DNA from: Adineta vaga | Taxonomy: Eukaryota > Animalia > Rotifera | Direction: 5' to 3' | Assembly (NCBI GenBank): GCA_021613535.1 | Contig: CP075495.1 | Span: 9,734,001 to 9,798,000 of the forward strand | DNA: 64,000 bases | Part shown: one piece after another, positions 41,530 to 55,439 of the stretch | How the letters are laid out: each line of letters opens with the position of its first letter | Position numbering within the stretch: the first letter of the stretch is position 1 | Position numbers and translations under genes: made by a program | Notes under the pieces: generated by a model | Database searches by the model: none | Seen by the model: only the letters and a program-made list of their open reading frames with translations | Told to the model about the DNA's origin: nothing

Positions 41530-43959
41530 ATGACTGATGATACGTTTCAAACACTATTAGATAGAATCGATGATGGAAAAAGTACAATTATTGATATCTG
41601 TTCGAATTATAATGAACAAGATTCACCGCCACGAATTACAGATGAACAATTTCAAAAGCATACATTTCTTACGAAACATTTTTCCAACGAATTATGTCCA
41701 GTTTTACAACATTGGTTTAGTGATGGAACATTAGATGAAAATCAAAGTGAAATTTTTCGAGTTTGTTCGAAATTTCTTCTAAAATTAACTAGAAAACAAT
41801 CGATTAGTCATAATTGGTTAAAACAACAAAAAGAACTGATAGATTTAACAGAAAAATGTCTGAATGAAATTGCTTCCTATGGTTATTATATTAAAAGTGG
41901 TAGTGCAGAAGATCCAAATTTAGAATCATTCGATTGGTTAATAGAAGCATTTGAAAATAGTCGATGTTTACAATTTCTTCCTACCCTTGTTAAATGTCTT
42001 ACCAATCGTTTTTATGTTGAAGCTATGTTTGAGTTAAGTCATGGAAATGCTTTATCATTAAATCTTACTCAACATTTTCTTCTTGTAACTTGTCCAAATT
42101 ATATTCTTACATGTGGAACAAAAAATCTTCATTGTTTAGAAATTGTTAATCAAATGTTAGATTATTATGATGAAATTTATTCGGAATTTCTTCCGCATAT
42201 AACAGATTGGACTATTCCAGTTATGTTAAGTTTACTATATCCAATTAGATTCATTCTATCAAATATTCGTTCACTATCATTTGAACAGCGAAAAATCATT
42301 TATGATATTATTCAAACAATACTTTTAAATAAATCAACAATTGATTCAAATATTGAACCAGTACGTGTCAGTTTAATTCATGTTTCACTTTGTTTATTAA
42401 AAGAAATTATTCGGTCAGATCAAAAGTTAGCCAATCTTACGAAAAATACATCGAATAAAAAACCCGAATTAATCAATGTATTAAATGATCTATCAAAAAA
42501 TGAAAAGAATCAACAAATAAAACTCGAAGCTATAGCATTGAAATCATTATTAATAACAGAAGACGAATTTGTAAAAGAAAACAAAATGGAGGAAATAACA
42601 AGTGTATTTGTTCAGAATTTCAATGCTGCTTTAGATGAAGGAGAAACTGAGCAAGTTGATGAAATTTTAAATGGACTTAAAGGTAAAAATTCGTTTAATT
42701 GATCTGACTTTTGAAAAATCAAAACTGAGATTTTCTTTGTCTGAATAGTTTTAGTACAGAATGATGAAGTAAAACAAGAAATTATGAAGCAAAATGGTCT
42801 TCCATCGATTATTAAATATACAAAAGAATCAAAAGACAAACCATTACCATTACAAATAACGTATGCAATGACATTTAATGATGATGCAAAGAAAGCAATT
42901 AATCAAGATCAAGAATTTGTTGAACAAATCAGACAGTTACGTGTTTCAGAGAAGAGAGATGTTTCAAAAATTGCACATGGAATTATATGGAAATTGGAAG
43001 GAGAAGAGAAATTTACTAAGAAAAAAGAAGACGAAGAAGAAGAAAAAGAAGAAAAGAGGGTCGATGGCGAAAAAGCTATAGTTATGCATTCACCTGCAGC
43101 TCCGTCGAATCAAAATGATATTATGATATCTTATTGTTGGGCACAAAAACCGCTATGTCATGAAATTCATGATCGTCTAGAAAAGAGTGGCTATAAAGTT
43201 TGGTTAGATCGAGATGAAATGCATGGATCAATTATTGAACGAATGGCTGAAGCAATTGAACAATCGAAATTTGTTTTGATTTGTATGTCAAGTAATTATA
43301 AGAATAGCACAAATTGTAAAGCAGAAGCGGAATATGCATTTAATCGGAAAAGTAAAATTGTTCCATTAGTCGTCGAGCCCCAATATAAAGCGGATGGATG
43401 GTTAGGATTCTTAGCTGGTTCAAAAATTTATGTCGATTTTGCCGATAAAAAAGATGAAGAATTTGAAGCAGCATATAATTTATTAATTGATGAATTAAAA
43501 CGTAATGGATTAGAAGCACCAGGTAGTGATGGATTATCAACGACGGAACCGTCCGAAGTTATTACACCACCAGTAACAGAGCCGGAACCTGAAAAACCAG
43601 AACCTCTTCCGATTCAAACACGAGAATATTTAACAATTGATTCTGCATCATTATGGACCGATGAACATGTTTTGGAATTTCTTGCAGATAATCAACTCGA
43701 GCAATTACGCTTTGTTTGTGAAGGAATGAATGGAGAAACTTTAATGGAATTCTGTCAATCATGTCAAACAGCTCCTGAGAAAATGTATCCGCTGGTTAAT
43801 AATCCAAAGGAAGAACATCCCGTATCAATGAATACATATTATAAATTTATTACAACTTTGAAAAAACATATACCACCACCACCACCACGAAAAGTACATT
43901 TTCAATATGGTTTCATTTATGCACCACCAAACAAAACTACAGAAACGGACAAAACTTAA
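41530..43959 (+). CDS. Helical/ARM-like + TIR (TIR_2-type) + SAM-like protein; one intron 42683-42748
   Basis: DIMISYCWAQK...GYKVWLDRDEMHGSIIERMAEAIEQS...YKNSTNCKAEAEYA...GWLGFLAGSKIYVDF; SAM-like LWTDEHVLEFL...MNGETL; ARM-like KIAHGIIWKL. Confidence 0.85.
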
Positions 43960-45259
43960 AAGTCCATTCAACGCATTAGAAGTTAATTCCAATCATTAGT
44001 TTAGAGCGTGATTTCCTCCTATTTTTACAATAAAATATCATACAATTAAAAGAAATTTTTACTCTTCTTGATTAAATACATCGATCTTAAACTATTTAGG
44101 TTTGTTCGACAGGATCGATGTTAAAAAGAAAAACAGACGTATAGGAATATGATATGACGAAAGACCTATATCTGCAATCGGAAATAAAATCTTAGAAATA
44201 TTGTCTTCTTATTGTGATTCTTTCACAATGCGCTCAAAATGCGTCGTTTGAATGTAAAAAAATCCATATTGTTTCTTTCTTGAGAATTGTCCACTAGTTG
44301 ATTATCGCCATCTATCAAATTGAGTAAAATTTTTCATTTCATATGATGCTAGGAATGACCAACCAACCAAGCGACATAGTCTGACTTTACCTTTTTTTTT
44401 CTTTTCTCTTCAATTTTACTCACTCATTGATGCGTCTTTTGATTAAAGAGTTGCCGCTCATTGTTGTGCTTGAAGATTCCTCCTTTTTCTGGGTTCAATG
44501 TTTGCATTAATTTTATTCAATATGTCAGTAAATTTACAAGCCAACAGCTGTTCACAATACATTCCTTTTTCTTTTCATCGACTTTTTCTTTTCGATTAAA
44601 ATCGACTCGAGAAAATTTTGTTGGCATCAGTTGCATTATTTCAAACAAAAAATCTCTTTCTTTTCTTCTTCTTCTCTTTCTTTTCTGATTGCTGTGAGAA
44701 CTATAGGTGTGATACACACACACATATATATATATATACAGTTTCTCTTATTGTTACTAAATCTCGTCGACAAGCTTTGCACGATTGTGATTTATACACA
44801 CATGAATGTGATGTTTTTGTTTGGACCTTATGCGCGCTTGTAATTGAGCGACACGAGAAGAAAGTATAACGTCATATGAACTAACACCATAACAAGCAGA
44901 CTAAGCTAAAAGGAGAACACGAGACAGAGAGAAAAAAAAGAGAAAAAGAACTGAAATAAAGGTAGGTCCTCTCTTTCTCTCTCTCTCTCGTACTAATATT
45001 GAACGAACGTGCAAGAGTACAGAGTAATAGAATAGAAGAAATGGCGATGGTGATGGTAATAGACTCAATTTTTTTTATTGCTATTATTGCTGCCCGCCAC
45101 TACCATCGTGTCTATATAAATGAGTTCAAACAAATAGCGCTTCAGATCGAATAACAGACAGATATAGACGAGGTCGAATTTTTCTATTTTCTTTCTTCAA
45201 TCTTTTTTTGTAGATTAAACCTGTTCGATACATATATATGTATATATATATATTTATGC

Positions 45260-48200
45260 ATGAATGAAAGTATGAGCGAGTCTGATAGTGGTGGTGGTGG
45301 TGGTGGAATGGAACTTGATCCAGCATTTGCGACAATACCAAAAGCTAAGTCTTGTCTATGTATTTGGCGTGTCGAGGTTTGTTGATTTTGAACAAGAAGA
45401 ATAAAATACAGATCATCTTTTTTTTACTAAAGAATTTCAGACTAGTCGCTGTTCCACGTGAATCTCATGGAATCTTTTTTAAAGGTGATGCTTATGTTAT
45501 TTATCATGCTGAAGAAATTAAAAAGTCGGCAAATACATCATCAACAACACCAGCAAATTTAATCCAACACATTCATTTTTGGATTGGCTCTGAAGCCACA
45601 CAAGATGAAGCCGGTGTTGCTGCTTATAAAACTGTTGAATTAGGTAGGATTTACCTTTTCAATGAAAGAAGAAAAAAAAATTCGACCAGAAAATATTCTA
45701 TTGCACGAAGTTTTTTTTTCTCTCTTAACTAATAATGTCATATGTTGATTCAATGTTAAGCAAATACAGCATACATATATATGCAGACGGTGTCTGTCTA
45801 TATAGAAGTAAAATAGAATGTTATCAAAAAGTATTAGAGTATAGAAAACGATAAGAAGAAAGAAATACATCAAATTTGATTGCTAAAGACTATCAATATA
45901 TATATATATATAGAAAAAAGAATGACTTAATTCTGTATAAGAACTAACTATTATTACTAATTTGAATATGTATTTTGTGTCTCGAAAGTATTGACAAAAA
46001 TACAGTCAATCAATTTGAACAATGATGAGCATTATATTTAGTAAATTTACTTTAGAAATCGAAAAATGTTCGGCTTGTGCATTATGAAGTTATGTAAAGA
46101 GAAAAAGAAGGAAAGACTTTTTTCTATAAGAGAAACTTTCGAGATGTTATAATTAATCCCTGGAGTGCTATTCGAATGATTCGATAAAATTTATGAAGGA
46201 TCTTTTGATTATTTGTTAAATCATTTGTAAAAAAATGTTGTCCTTCAATTTGTTATAATAATGTTGAAAAATCACGTTATTTGAACGTGTAAGGATCAAA
46301 TCTCAAATAGGAAAAGACATGAACATACCTTGATTTATTTCTATATGTCAAATATTTTTGTCCTATTAATTATTAATTCAGATTTTAATAAGAAAAAAAA
46401 TTTGCTTAGATAAATCAATAATCTTCTAAAATATACTTATGTAAAAACATCGATTGTAATCCATAATCATTACTTGACATATACTTTTTTTAAAAACTTT
46501 GATGTATTCGATCTGTTATTACTTGCTGAATTCATTTTTCTTGAATTTAGATGATCATTTATCGGGTAATGCTGTTCAACATCGAGAAGTACAAGGAAAT
46601 GAAAGTGAACGTTTTCTCTCTTATTTTAAACCTCGCGGTGGTGTTACCTATCGTCAAGGTGGTATTGCATCGGGTTTTCATCGACATCAATCAACAAATG
46701 AACCACGTTTATTTCGTTTGAAAGGTCGTCATACTGTACGTCTTTTCGAAATGGCAGCAATTGATTGGTCACATATATCTCGAGGTGATGTATATTTATT
46801 AGATTTGAATGAAGTTATATTCATATGGAATGGATCAAAATCAAATAAATATGAACGTTTACAAGCTATGCAACGTGCAAAACAATTACGTGATGAACGT
46901 GGAAAAACAAATATTGTTATTATTGAAGATGGTGAAGAAATGAAGATGAATAAAGATGAATTGAAATTATTTGAAACGAAATTATTATTGAAAGAGAAAA
47001 ATATGAAATTAAATACGAATGAAATTATGGATGATAATGATGATGATAAACGTTTAGATGGTACACATATTAAACTCTATAAATGTTCAGATGAAAGTGG
47101 AACATTAAAAGTAACAGAAAAAAAAGCTGGACCATTAATGAAAATAGATCTTGAAAGTGAAGTTAGTTTTAATAGAAAACACATACACACAGGACATTTG
47201 TATTCATTTATTGTATAATTTAGGATGCATATATTATTGATAATGGTATCTATGGTATATGGGTTTGGGTTGGTCGACGATCAAATCCGAAAGAACGACG
47301 AGAAGCGATGAGAAATGCATTAGTAAGTTTGAGTAAATCACACATTGATCTTTGTTTGAATACATTGAAAATCATTCTATACATATGAAAGTATGTCTAT
47401 TGCCTGAGAGATTTTATTAAATATTAATGTTGAGTAAGTTCGATAGAGCATAATACTACTCTTTCATCTAGAAAAAATCTTTTGTTGAACAATTAGGAAA
47501 AAAAAGGAATGCTGAACTAATATCACAACGCTCGATTAAACATAAGTATGAATAAAGACTAAGATGTATTGAAAAGTCTTAGCAAGATTGATTACATCAT
47601 CAATCGTTTCTGGCAGTTAGATAATCATTTTCCTTAGTTTAATCTTTGTACCATCGTAGAATATTTTGATTTTGAGTGAGAGATTCGTCAGTGAGTTCTG
47701 TATAGTTTTAAATAATTATTTTCATTATGTAGGGTTTTCTTCAAAAAAAAGGTTATCCAAAAGCGACGAAAGTTTGTCGTGTTATTGATGGTGCTGAGCC
47801 AATGGAATTCATTGCTTTATTTAAAATATGGAATGATCCCAATGCTCAAAAAGGTCTTGGTAAAACTTATACGAAAGGACATATTGGTAAATATACTTGT
47901 TGATTTGAATATTTTCTTTCTTCTTCTGCACAGAATCGTAGTTGAATCGGTAGATTAAAAATGCTCTCGCTATCAGCATGCTAATCTCTTCATCATTGTA
48001 AATACGATTAAAAGAAAACATTCATTATGATTTAATTTAGCAAAAATGGTTTCATCACAATTTGATGCAGTGACAATGCATTCTCAACCTCAATTAGCTG
48101 CAGCAACTCAAATGCCCGATGATGGTTCAGGAAAGAAAGAAATCTTTCGTATTGAACAATTTAAAATGATTCCATATCCTGAATCAATGCATGGAATATT

Positions 48201-50681
48201 CTTTTCGGGAGATTCATTTGTTATACAATATACATACAATGATCAACAACGTTCATATACATTAATCTATTTTTGGTTAGGACATTATTCAAGTCAAGAT
48301 GAACAGGCTGCTGCTGCAATTGGTGCAGTAGAATTAGATAAGAAAATCAATGGAATAGGAACGATTATACGTGTTGTACAAGATAAAGAACCACTTCATT
48401 TTATGGCTATGTTTCATGGACAAATGATTATTTTTAAAGTAGAAATTTCTTTTTCTTGAAAAAAATATTTCGATTTCATTTCTTTTAGCATGGTAAACGA
48501 AGTGGATTTCGAAATTTACAATATCATGATGAAAATACCAGTGAAAATGATGATACTTATTTATTACAAGTTCGTGGTCTATCTAAATATGATACGAAAG
48601 CTGTTCAGGTACATTTTATCTTTCTACTGTGTTTTCCGATTAGTTCTTGTATTTAATTTTGAATTTCGAGAGAAAATGTCTTCTTGCTGTCTAATTTGAG
48701 ATTATCATTCTATTTAGGTGGATTTGCGTGCATCAACATTAAATTCGAATGATTGCTTTGTTTTATTTACACCACAATCTGTTTATATTTGGTGTGGCAA
48801 AGGATCAACAGGTGATGAACGTGAAATGTCCAAAGTTGTTGCCAGTTCCAAATCTAAGTAAAGATTTATATATAAAAGAAAAACGATTAGACATAATTTC
48901 CTTTTTTTCTTGTGAATATTTTTAGAGATCCAATTATGGTATTTGAAGGACAGGAAAAAGATGAATTTTGGAATCATTTTCCACATGGTCAAGAACCGTA
49001 CGCATCAGATAAACGTCTTAATGATCATCAGTCGTCTTTCATCAACATAACGAATCATCCGGCAAGATTATTTGAAATATCAAATGCTAGTGGACATACA
49101 ACTGCCATTGAAATACCAAATTTCACACAGGTACAGAATAGATATATCCATTTGACTACGCGCGTATCACACCAACCCATTTCGATATTATAGTTGTGGT
49201 TAGATAATCACTTTTAAATTAAAAAAAAGCAGAAACGATTTCAGATCATGTAACAACTTATTTCGTATTTTCAAGTATGATCAGAAGAAATAATTAACTA
49301 AATACAAACTTCTAGTTTGAATAAAACATCAAAATATTTCTTTGGAAACGTCTTTTTATTATTCAAATAATTCTTTAATCATATAAAAAACTTTCAACAT
49401 TGTCATGAATTCGAATATGAAAATTCTGATCTAATTATGTCATGAATAATTTAATAAATTCATTCACGTTTTCTAGACTGATCTTGATGAAGATGATGTG
49501 ATGTTACTTGATGCATGGACAAGTATATTTCTATGGATTGGAAAAAGTAAGAATCAAATGTATGAAATTATTAGTTGTTGCGAATTTGAATTTAGATTCA
49601 AATAAAACTGAAATGAAAGATGCAGAACGTATTGCTTATGATTATTTACGAACTGATCCAAGCCATCGTGATCCTGATACACCAATTATTAAAACAAAGC
49701 AAATGTATGAACCTATACATTTCATTGGATTTTTTGGTCCTTGGGATAGAAATTATTGGACGGTAGAAGAAAAAAAAAGCTGATTTTTATGATTATAAAT
49801 AGCTAATTCTATCTATTTCAGACTAAATCATCTTATGAAACAGCAAAATCAATATTACATGCTGATAATCGACCAGAAATTTATGTAGAACTTGTGCGCG
49901 ATAAACCAGTAAGATGAGAAATTTCATGTTACTGAGAATTAAAGAAGAAATCTTCAAATTTCCTTTAGAAACAAAATATTCTTAACCGTACAACAGTGAC
50001 AAAATATCCGTATGAACTATTATTAAAAGCAGCCGATGAATTGCCCGAAGATGTGAATCCTGAACTACGTGAAGTAAGAAACAAACTGAAAGATTTTCTC
50101 TATGTTGAATTGTAGACACTAGTTAATAATTGATCTTTTCTCTGGATAGTAGAAAACACTGATTGTTAGAAAAATAAACAATAGATGTTCTCGGTGAATT
50201 ATACGTCATAATTGAATCAGAATAGGAAAGAAAAAAAAGTCATGTTTTCTAGAAACACATGTGTCGACGACTGTTGATAAAAATAGATTGTGTTTATCGT
50301 AATACTGCCGAACATTAATTAAAAGACGTGAGGGAGAAATAAAGTAGAAATTATAATATAAAATTTCAAACGGAAAAAATCATAACTTTCTAGTTGAATT
50401 ATATTATCCATAAAAGAAACACATATTATGATTATTTGTAGAAAGAATCATGAAACCAAAATAAATATAGACTCATGATTACACATTATCTTTTTTTTTA
50501 ATGCGTAATAGTTTTTATCGAAAGTTCTCATTATTCTACGGTTTAAAAAACATTGTTTTCTTTCTAGATACATTTAAATGATGATGAATTTTTTCAACGT
50601 TTTAAAATGAATTACTCCGATTATGCATCAAAACCAGCTTGGAGGCAAAAAGAATTGAAGAAACTTGCAAAATTATTTTAA
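45260..50681 (+). CDS. VIL1: Villin/advillin (six gelsolin repeats plus headpiece)
   Basis: [88 protein letters not shown]...[13 protein letters not shown]. Confidence 0.93.
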
Positions 50682-51050
50682 CAAAGCAGAATTTAACTTT
50701 TAGTTTTCTTTTATGTCTGTCCTTGTGTCATCTCTCTCTCTCTATATATATATATATATGCGTATATCTAATTCTATTTGTTTGTTTATATCTTTGTCAG
50801 TAATTATTCGGAATTTGACAAAAGAAAATAAAAACTCATTAATAAATCAAACGTATTTTATTAGGATTTGAAAAGTTTTATTACGTAACTCGATGTTTTT
50901 CCATCTGCAGAACGCGTGATACGCTGTTGAAGGTTACAGATACTTGTAACCCCGAATTTTGGGTACCCTTCTTGCGTTCTGTTTTCAACGGAGAAAAATA
51001 ATCTCATGAATGTGTTTTTCTCTCTCGTTGGTTTCTCTTCTCGAGCGAAT

Positions 51051-51058
51051 TGACGTCA
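51051..51058. promoter_or_regulatory. Palindromic CRE (TGACGTCA) upstream of the nuclear receptor gene
   Basis: Exact consensus in a CpG-rich patch about 0.5 kb 5' of the ATG. Confidence 0.35.
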
Positions 51059-51120
51059 GCAGCACACTTTAGGTAGTTTTTTCTCTTTTTTTTGTTTTTT
51101 TTCTAAGCAAGAGAAAGAAA

Positions 51121-51144
51121 ACGAGACGAGACGAGACGAGACGA
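51121..51144 (+). repeat. (ACGAG)n pentanucleotide microsatellite
   Basis: acgagacgagacgagacgagacga. Confidence 0.8.
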
Positions 51145-51575
51145 TGAGATGAGGATTGGCAGACTTGCTGTAGAAATATTAGTACATTCTGTTAACATTA
51201 CTATATATTAGAAGAATATCATAACAAAGAACTAATATTTTACGTAAAATTGTCTTTCTCAAATCGATGTTGTATTCAATTTAGATGTCTGAAAATTGTC
51301 TTTGCTCGTTCTCCTCTCTTTTCTTAACGTTACCTCTTATTTGTATACAAAATCAGGTATAGTAGTAGTCGGATGATTACATATAAATCGAGAGAAAAAA
51401 GAAACGTGCAAATATTGTTTTTTTTTCTCTTCCGAAAATACGATAAATTATTTGAAGTAAATGTTCTTTTTTGCTTTCGAGTTTAACGATTTTTCGCCAT
51501 TTTATAATCTTACATTTTCTTTCATAATCTATAATTCTTTATCTTTCAGATCATATTGATTTTTTTCTTCAATCA

Positions 51576-52906
51576 ATGTATTCAAATATTGATGATTATG
51601 ATAGTATTTCTCAAGATGCTAGTAGTCTATCCGATTCTTCATCAGTTCCAACGAATATTAAGATAAAGCATGGACGAAGTATATGTGCCATCTGTGGAGC
51701 AAAATCTGCAGGAATTAATTTTGATGTTTTGACAGTAAATAGATGAAATCGAAAGAAAGAACTTTTTTTTCATTTTCTGTCTATTTATTTAGTGTTCATC
51801 GTGTAAAGCATTTTTCCGACGAAATGGAGTTAAACCCTTGGTAAGTTTATCATTTTTCTTCTATACACGTCGATTGAATAACAAAATCGACTTTTCTTTC
51901 TAGCATCAATTTATTTGCCGTTCATCCGGTGATTGTAAAATAGATGAACGTTCACGGCGACAATGTACAGCTTGCCGTTTACGAAAATGTTTCGCTATGG
52001 GTATGATTAAAGAACGTATTCGAACAGAAGAACAAAATCAACGTCATCGTGCATTAGTGGAAGAGAATCGACGTCAAAAATTTAAAAAATATCATCAGCA
52101 AGAAAATCGATTAGTATGTATTAAAAAAATGATGAAAAACAAAATCCATCTTAATTACTTGTTGTTTTGTAAAGGTCTGTCAAGAACGTCATGTTCAACA
52201 AATGTATTCATCCTCTTGTACATGTGAAAATCACGTTGATCTAATATTCGAAATGTTTATTGAAAGTACTCGAGAGATTATATCTGATAATTTTATTCTT
52301 GAATTCAATCATGATATAACCGATGGACTTAATCAATATTGTGTACCTGTTTCATGTTTAATCACATTCTTCAAACAATTATCTGAATTTCAACAATTAC
52401 CAGTTGATGATAGATTGATTCTTTTGAAAAATAATACAAAAATTCTTCTACCTATTTTGATACATTTATTAACTACAACATTAAGCACACAAATATTTTG
52501 CAATCATTCTGGTTTACATAATATTAACAATAAAATCTCCTATATTTCTTCACTATTGAATTATATTATACCAGATGATAATAAATTATTGGTTTTATTA
52601 ATAATTGTCTTTCTTTTTTGTCCATGTTTATATACAAGTAACTCATTACAAGATGCTGGCCATATGAATGAACATTCAAGACAAATAATACAATATGCAT
52701 ATGATGAATATATACAATTAGTATGGTTTTATATGATTGAAAAATTTGATGATAATCAACAACAAACAACATTAACCTATATGAAAATTGTAACAACATT
52801 CCTTCGGATACAAAATTTAATCAGCGAAATTTACGATATTATTGAATGTTCTGTTCAGATTGATCAATTACATTTGATGATGCAATCTGTTCTGCATTTA
52901 ACATAG
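51576..52906 (+). CDS. Nuclear hormone receptor, NR1J/HR96-like, divergent (4 coding exons)
   Basis: DBD [28 protein letters not shown]...CRSSGDCKIDERSRRQCTACRLRKCFAMGM; LBD signature FFKQLSEFQQLPVDDRLILLK. Confidence 0.88.
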
Positions 52907-54117
52907 AAAAAAAAGAACATTTATTGAATATTTGTGTTTTATCTGATTGTTGTTTTTAGTTTTATTTTCTTCTCCTTCTTCTTCTTCGTCTTCTCATATG
53001 TATATTAGTGATCTATGGTGATTTCAAATAAATGATGTATTTACCTTCATTAAGTACAAAATATTTTCACACAAAAAGTCAAAGTAATGATCTAAGATAT
53101 ATCTATCTTTTCATGAAAGTCATGACTATCTGTACGGTACATTCAATTATTGAAGTACTGTAGAAGATGTGATCACATTATTCTCTGAAATTTCCCTTGA
53201 TATCTCGACAAAAATAAACTGAATCGTCGAACAGCAAATGAATAAGAAAAGACATGCATAAGATCGTCTGTTGAGTATCTTTACAATTCACATCGAGCAT
53301 GACATTTCTTTTGCATTGATAGACTTTATTATCAAAATTTCAATTGTTCTTTAAAGTAACATGAATATCAACAACCTCATGAGATGACAATTGAGCCTTC
53401 TATACATATATATGACGTGAACCCTAAAGGTGACTGTAAGACATACCTGTCACCCACATCCTCAAAGAATATTTTAAAAAGTCTGAGATTTCTTTAATTT
53501 TTAGCTTTTCTCCCTAATAAATGTTTTCGGAATAATTATTTTCATGCTCATAGCATACATAAGCTTCATCGTTAGTACATCCCATAATCCCATATATTGA
53601 TATAATAAGACGGATAAAAGGAAAGTTTTTACAAACACTTTGTATAGAGTTTATAAACTCAAATGATTTATTAATATTAATTTTTAATGAATAAAATTCG
53701 ATGATATAAAAGCATTTCAAACTTTTTAATTTCTTTGAGAAAAATCTCATAGTGCATCATTGAAATTTTTACATCAAGTATTTGATAATGATTTTAAATA
53801 AATCGGACATTGCTATATCAGTACAACAGCGTATATTATGTATATATGCATGAATCAACAAACGAGTATTGGCGTGGGATATTTAGAAAAGTTTTTCTTC
53901 TTTTGAAGTATACTTTTTTTTCTATATACTCAAAGTTTTAATCAAAATTCCCAATGTATTTAATAACTTCGTTAGTGAAGAATAGATATTTGTTATGAAA
54001 CTAAATATCTGATTTCATTCTTATTAGTTCACTATTTTTAAATAATATTCATTTTATTATTTGGATTAAAATGATTGAAAAATAATAGAGAAAAATAAAA
54101 TCGTCCATCGAATTAGA

Positions 54118-55439
54118 TCATTTTTTCAACGTGCATAATTTCAAAGCTGAATCGAAATAAAGTCCTTTTGGACATGATTTTTGTTGGAGACGTAATACTT
54201 TAAAATAAAAATAAGAATGAATTAATATTCAATATGAATTCATTTCAAATCGTAACATACTTCCACTGGCAAGTTTACATTCAAAATATTTTCCTTGTTC
54301 ATGCAAGTTATCATCACGAAATAGACCGGCAGTTGAACAAGTAAAATAACCTAAATTGAATACGAATGATTTTCTATTGAATATAAAAACATGTATAAAA
54401 ACACATACTTTTATCACATTTAGTACCATTGTAACCTGGTTGACATTGACAGTAAGCAAAACGTGTTGATCCAACAACATTTTCTCGACAAGCTCCATTA
54501 TTCATACATGAATCCGATGAGCAAAAACCCGAAGTTCCTAGAAGAAAAATGAAACTTCGTTTTTTCAAGATAAATTCAAAGACAATTCCTACCAGTTAAT
54601 TCACAATATTCTCCCCAAGTACCGTAACGACAGAGACAAACAGATTGATAAGGACCATTCTGTGGTTGTACAGCACAAACACCATTATTTTTACATATGA
54701 TTCTTTCACATAAATTATGATCTTAACATGAGAAAAAAACAATTAACAAATTTTATCGAACGAAAAAGAAGGACTTTCTACCATTTTTATCTTGACAAAC
54801 TGTTCCACTGTAACCACTTGGACAATTACAAACATTATTAGCAAAAACACCACCGTGTAAGCATGGTGATGGACCTGTTCCTGGACCTACTGATCCTGAA
54901 CATACTAAAGATGCTGATGTATCTATGATAAAATCCAATCAAAAAAATAATATTCAGAAAAGAAAATATTTTATCATTATTATCACTTACCACAGTCGGC
55001 GTTTGTTGTAAATACTGCATCTCCTGTAGCTGCATCCTGGCAAAGACATTTAAATGATGTACCACAATCGTCATATTCGAGACATGCGATTAATTTGTTA
55101 GTATTTCTACATGCATTGTTTATGGGATTGGTTCGATTGCAAAGACCTAAAAAATGAAAAGATTCTTCTTTCAACTACTTTTATCATTTTATTTGTTTAC
55201 GGCATGGCATATTAATTTCGTATGCGGTTCCAGGACATGTACATAAAGCATCAGAACCTAGTTGAAGACAACGATAACCCCTTGTTGAATTGAAATAACC
55301 TTGTGTCTCACAAGGATCATTATTGCAGTCTACAAGAACAGATACAAATAAAAAAATTTATATACTTAAAACAGTTTTTACCCAATGCATATGTTGCTTT
55401 ACAGAGAAATACAGTGAGAATAAAAATAACTATCTTCAT
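54118..55439 (-). CDS. Secreted multi-EGF + CBM14-like protein, paralog of 17444-19403
   Basis: Signal MKIVIFILTVFLCKATYA; CNNDPCE; CMNNGAC...GSTRFAYCQCQPGYNGTKC; YFTCSTAGLFRD...GKYFEC...SCPKGLYFDSALKLC. Confidence 0.82.

Noticed and set aside
44461-44869. Overlapping short ORFs upstream of villin
   Set aside because: Span (CA)n/(TA)n microsatellites in the regulatory region; spurious
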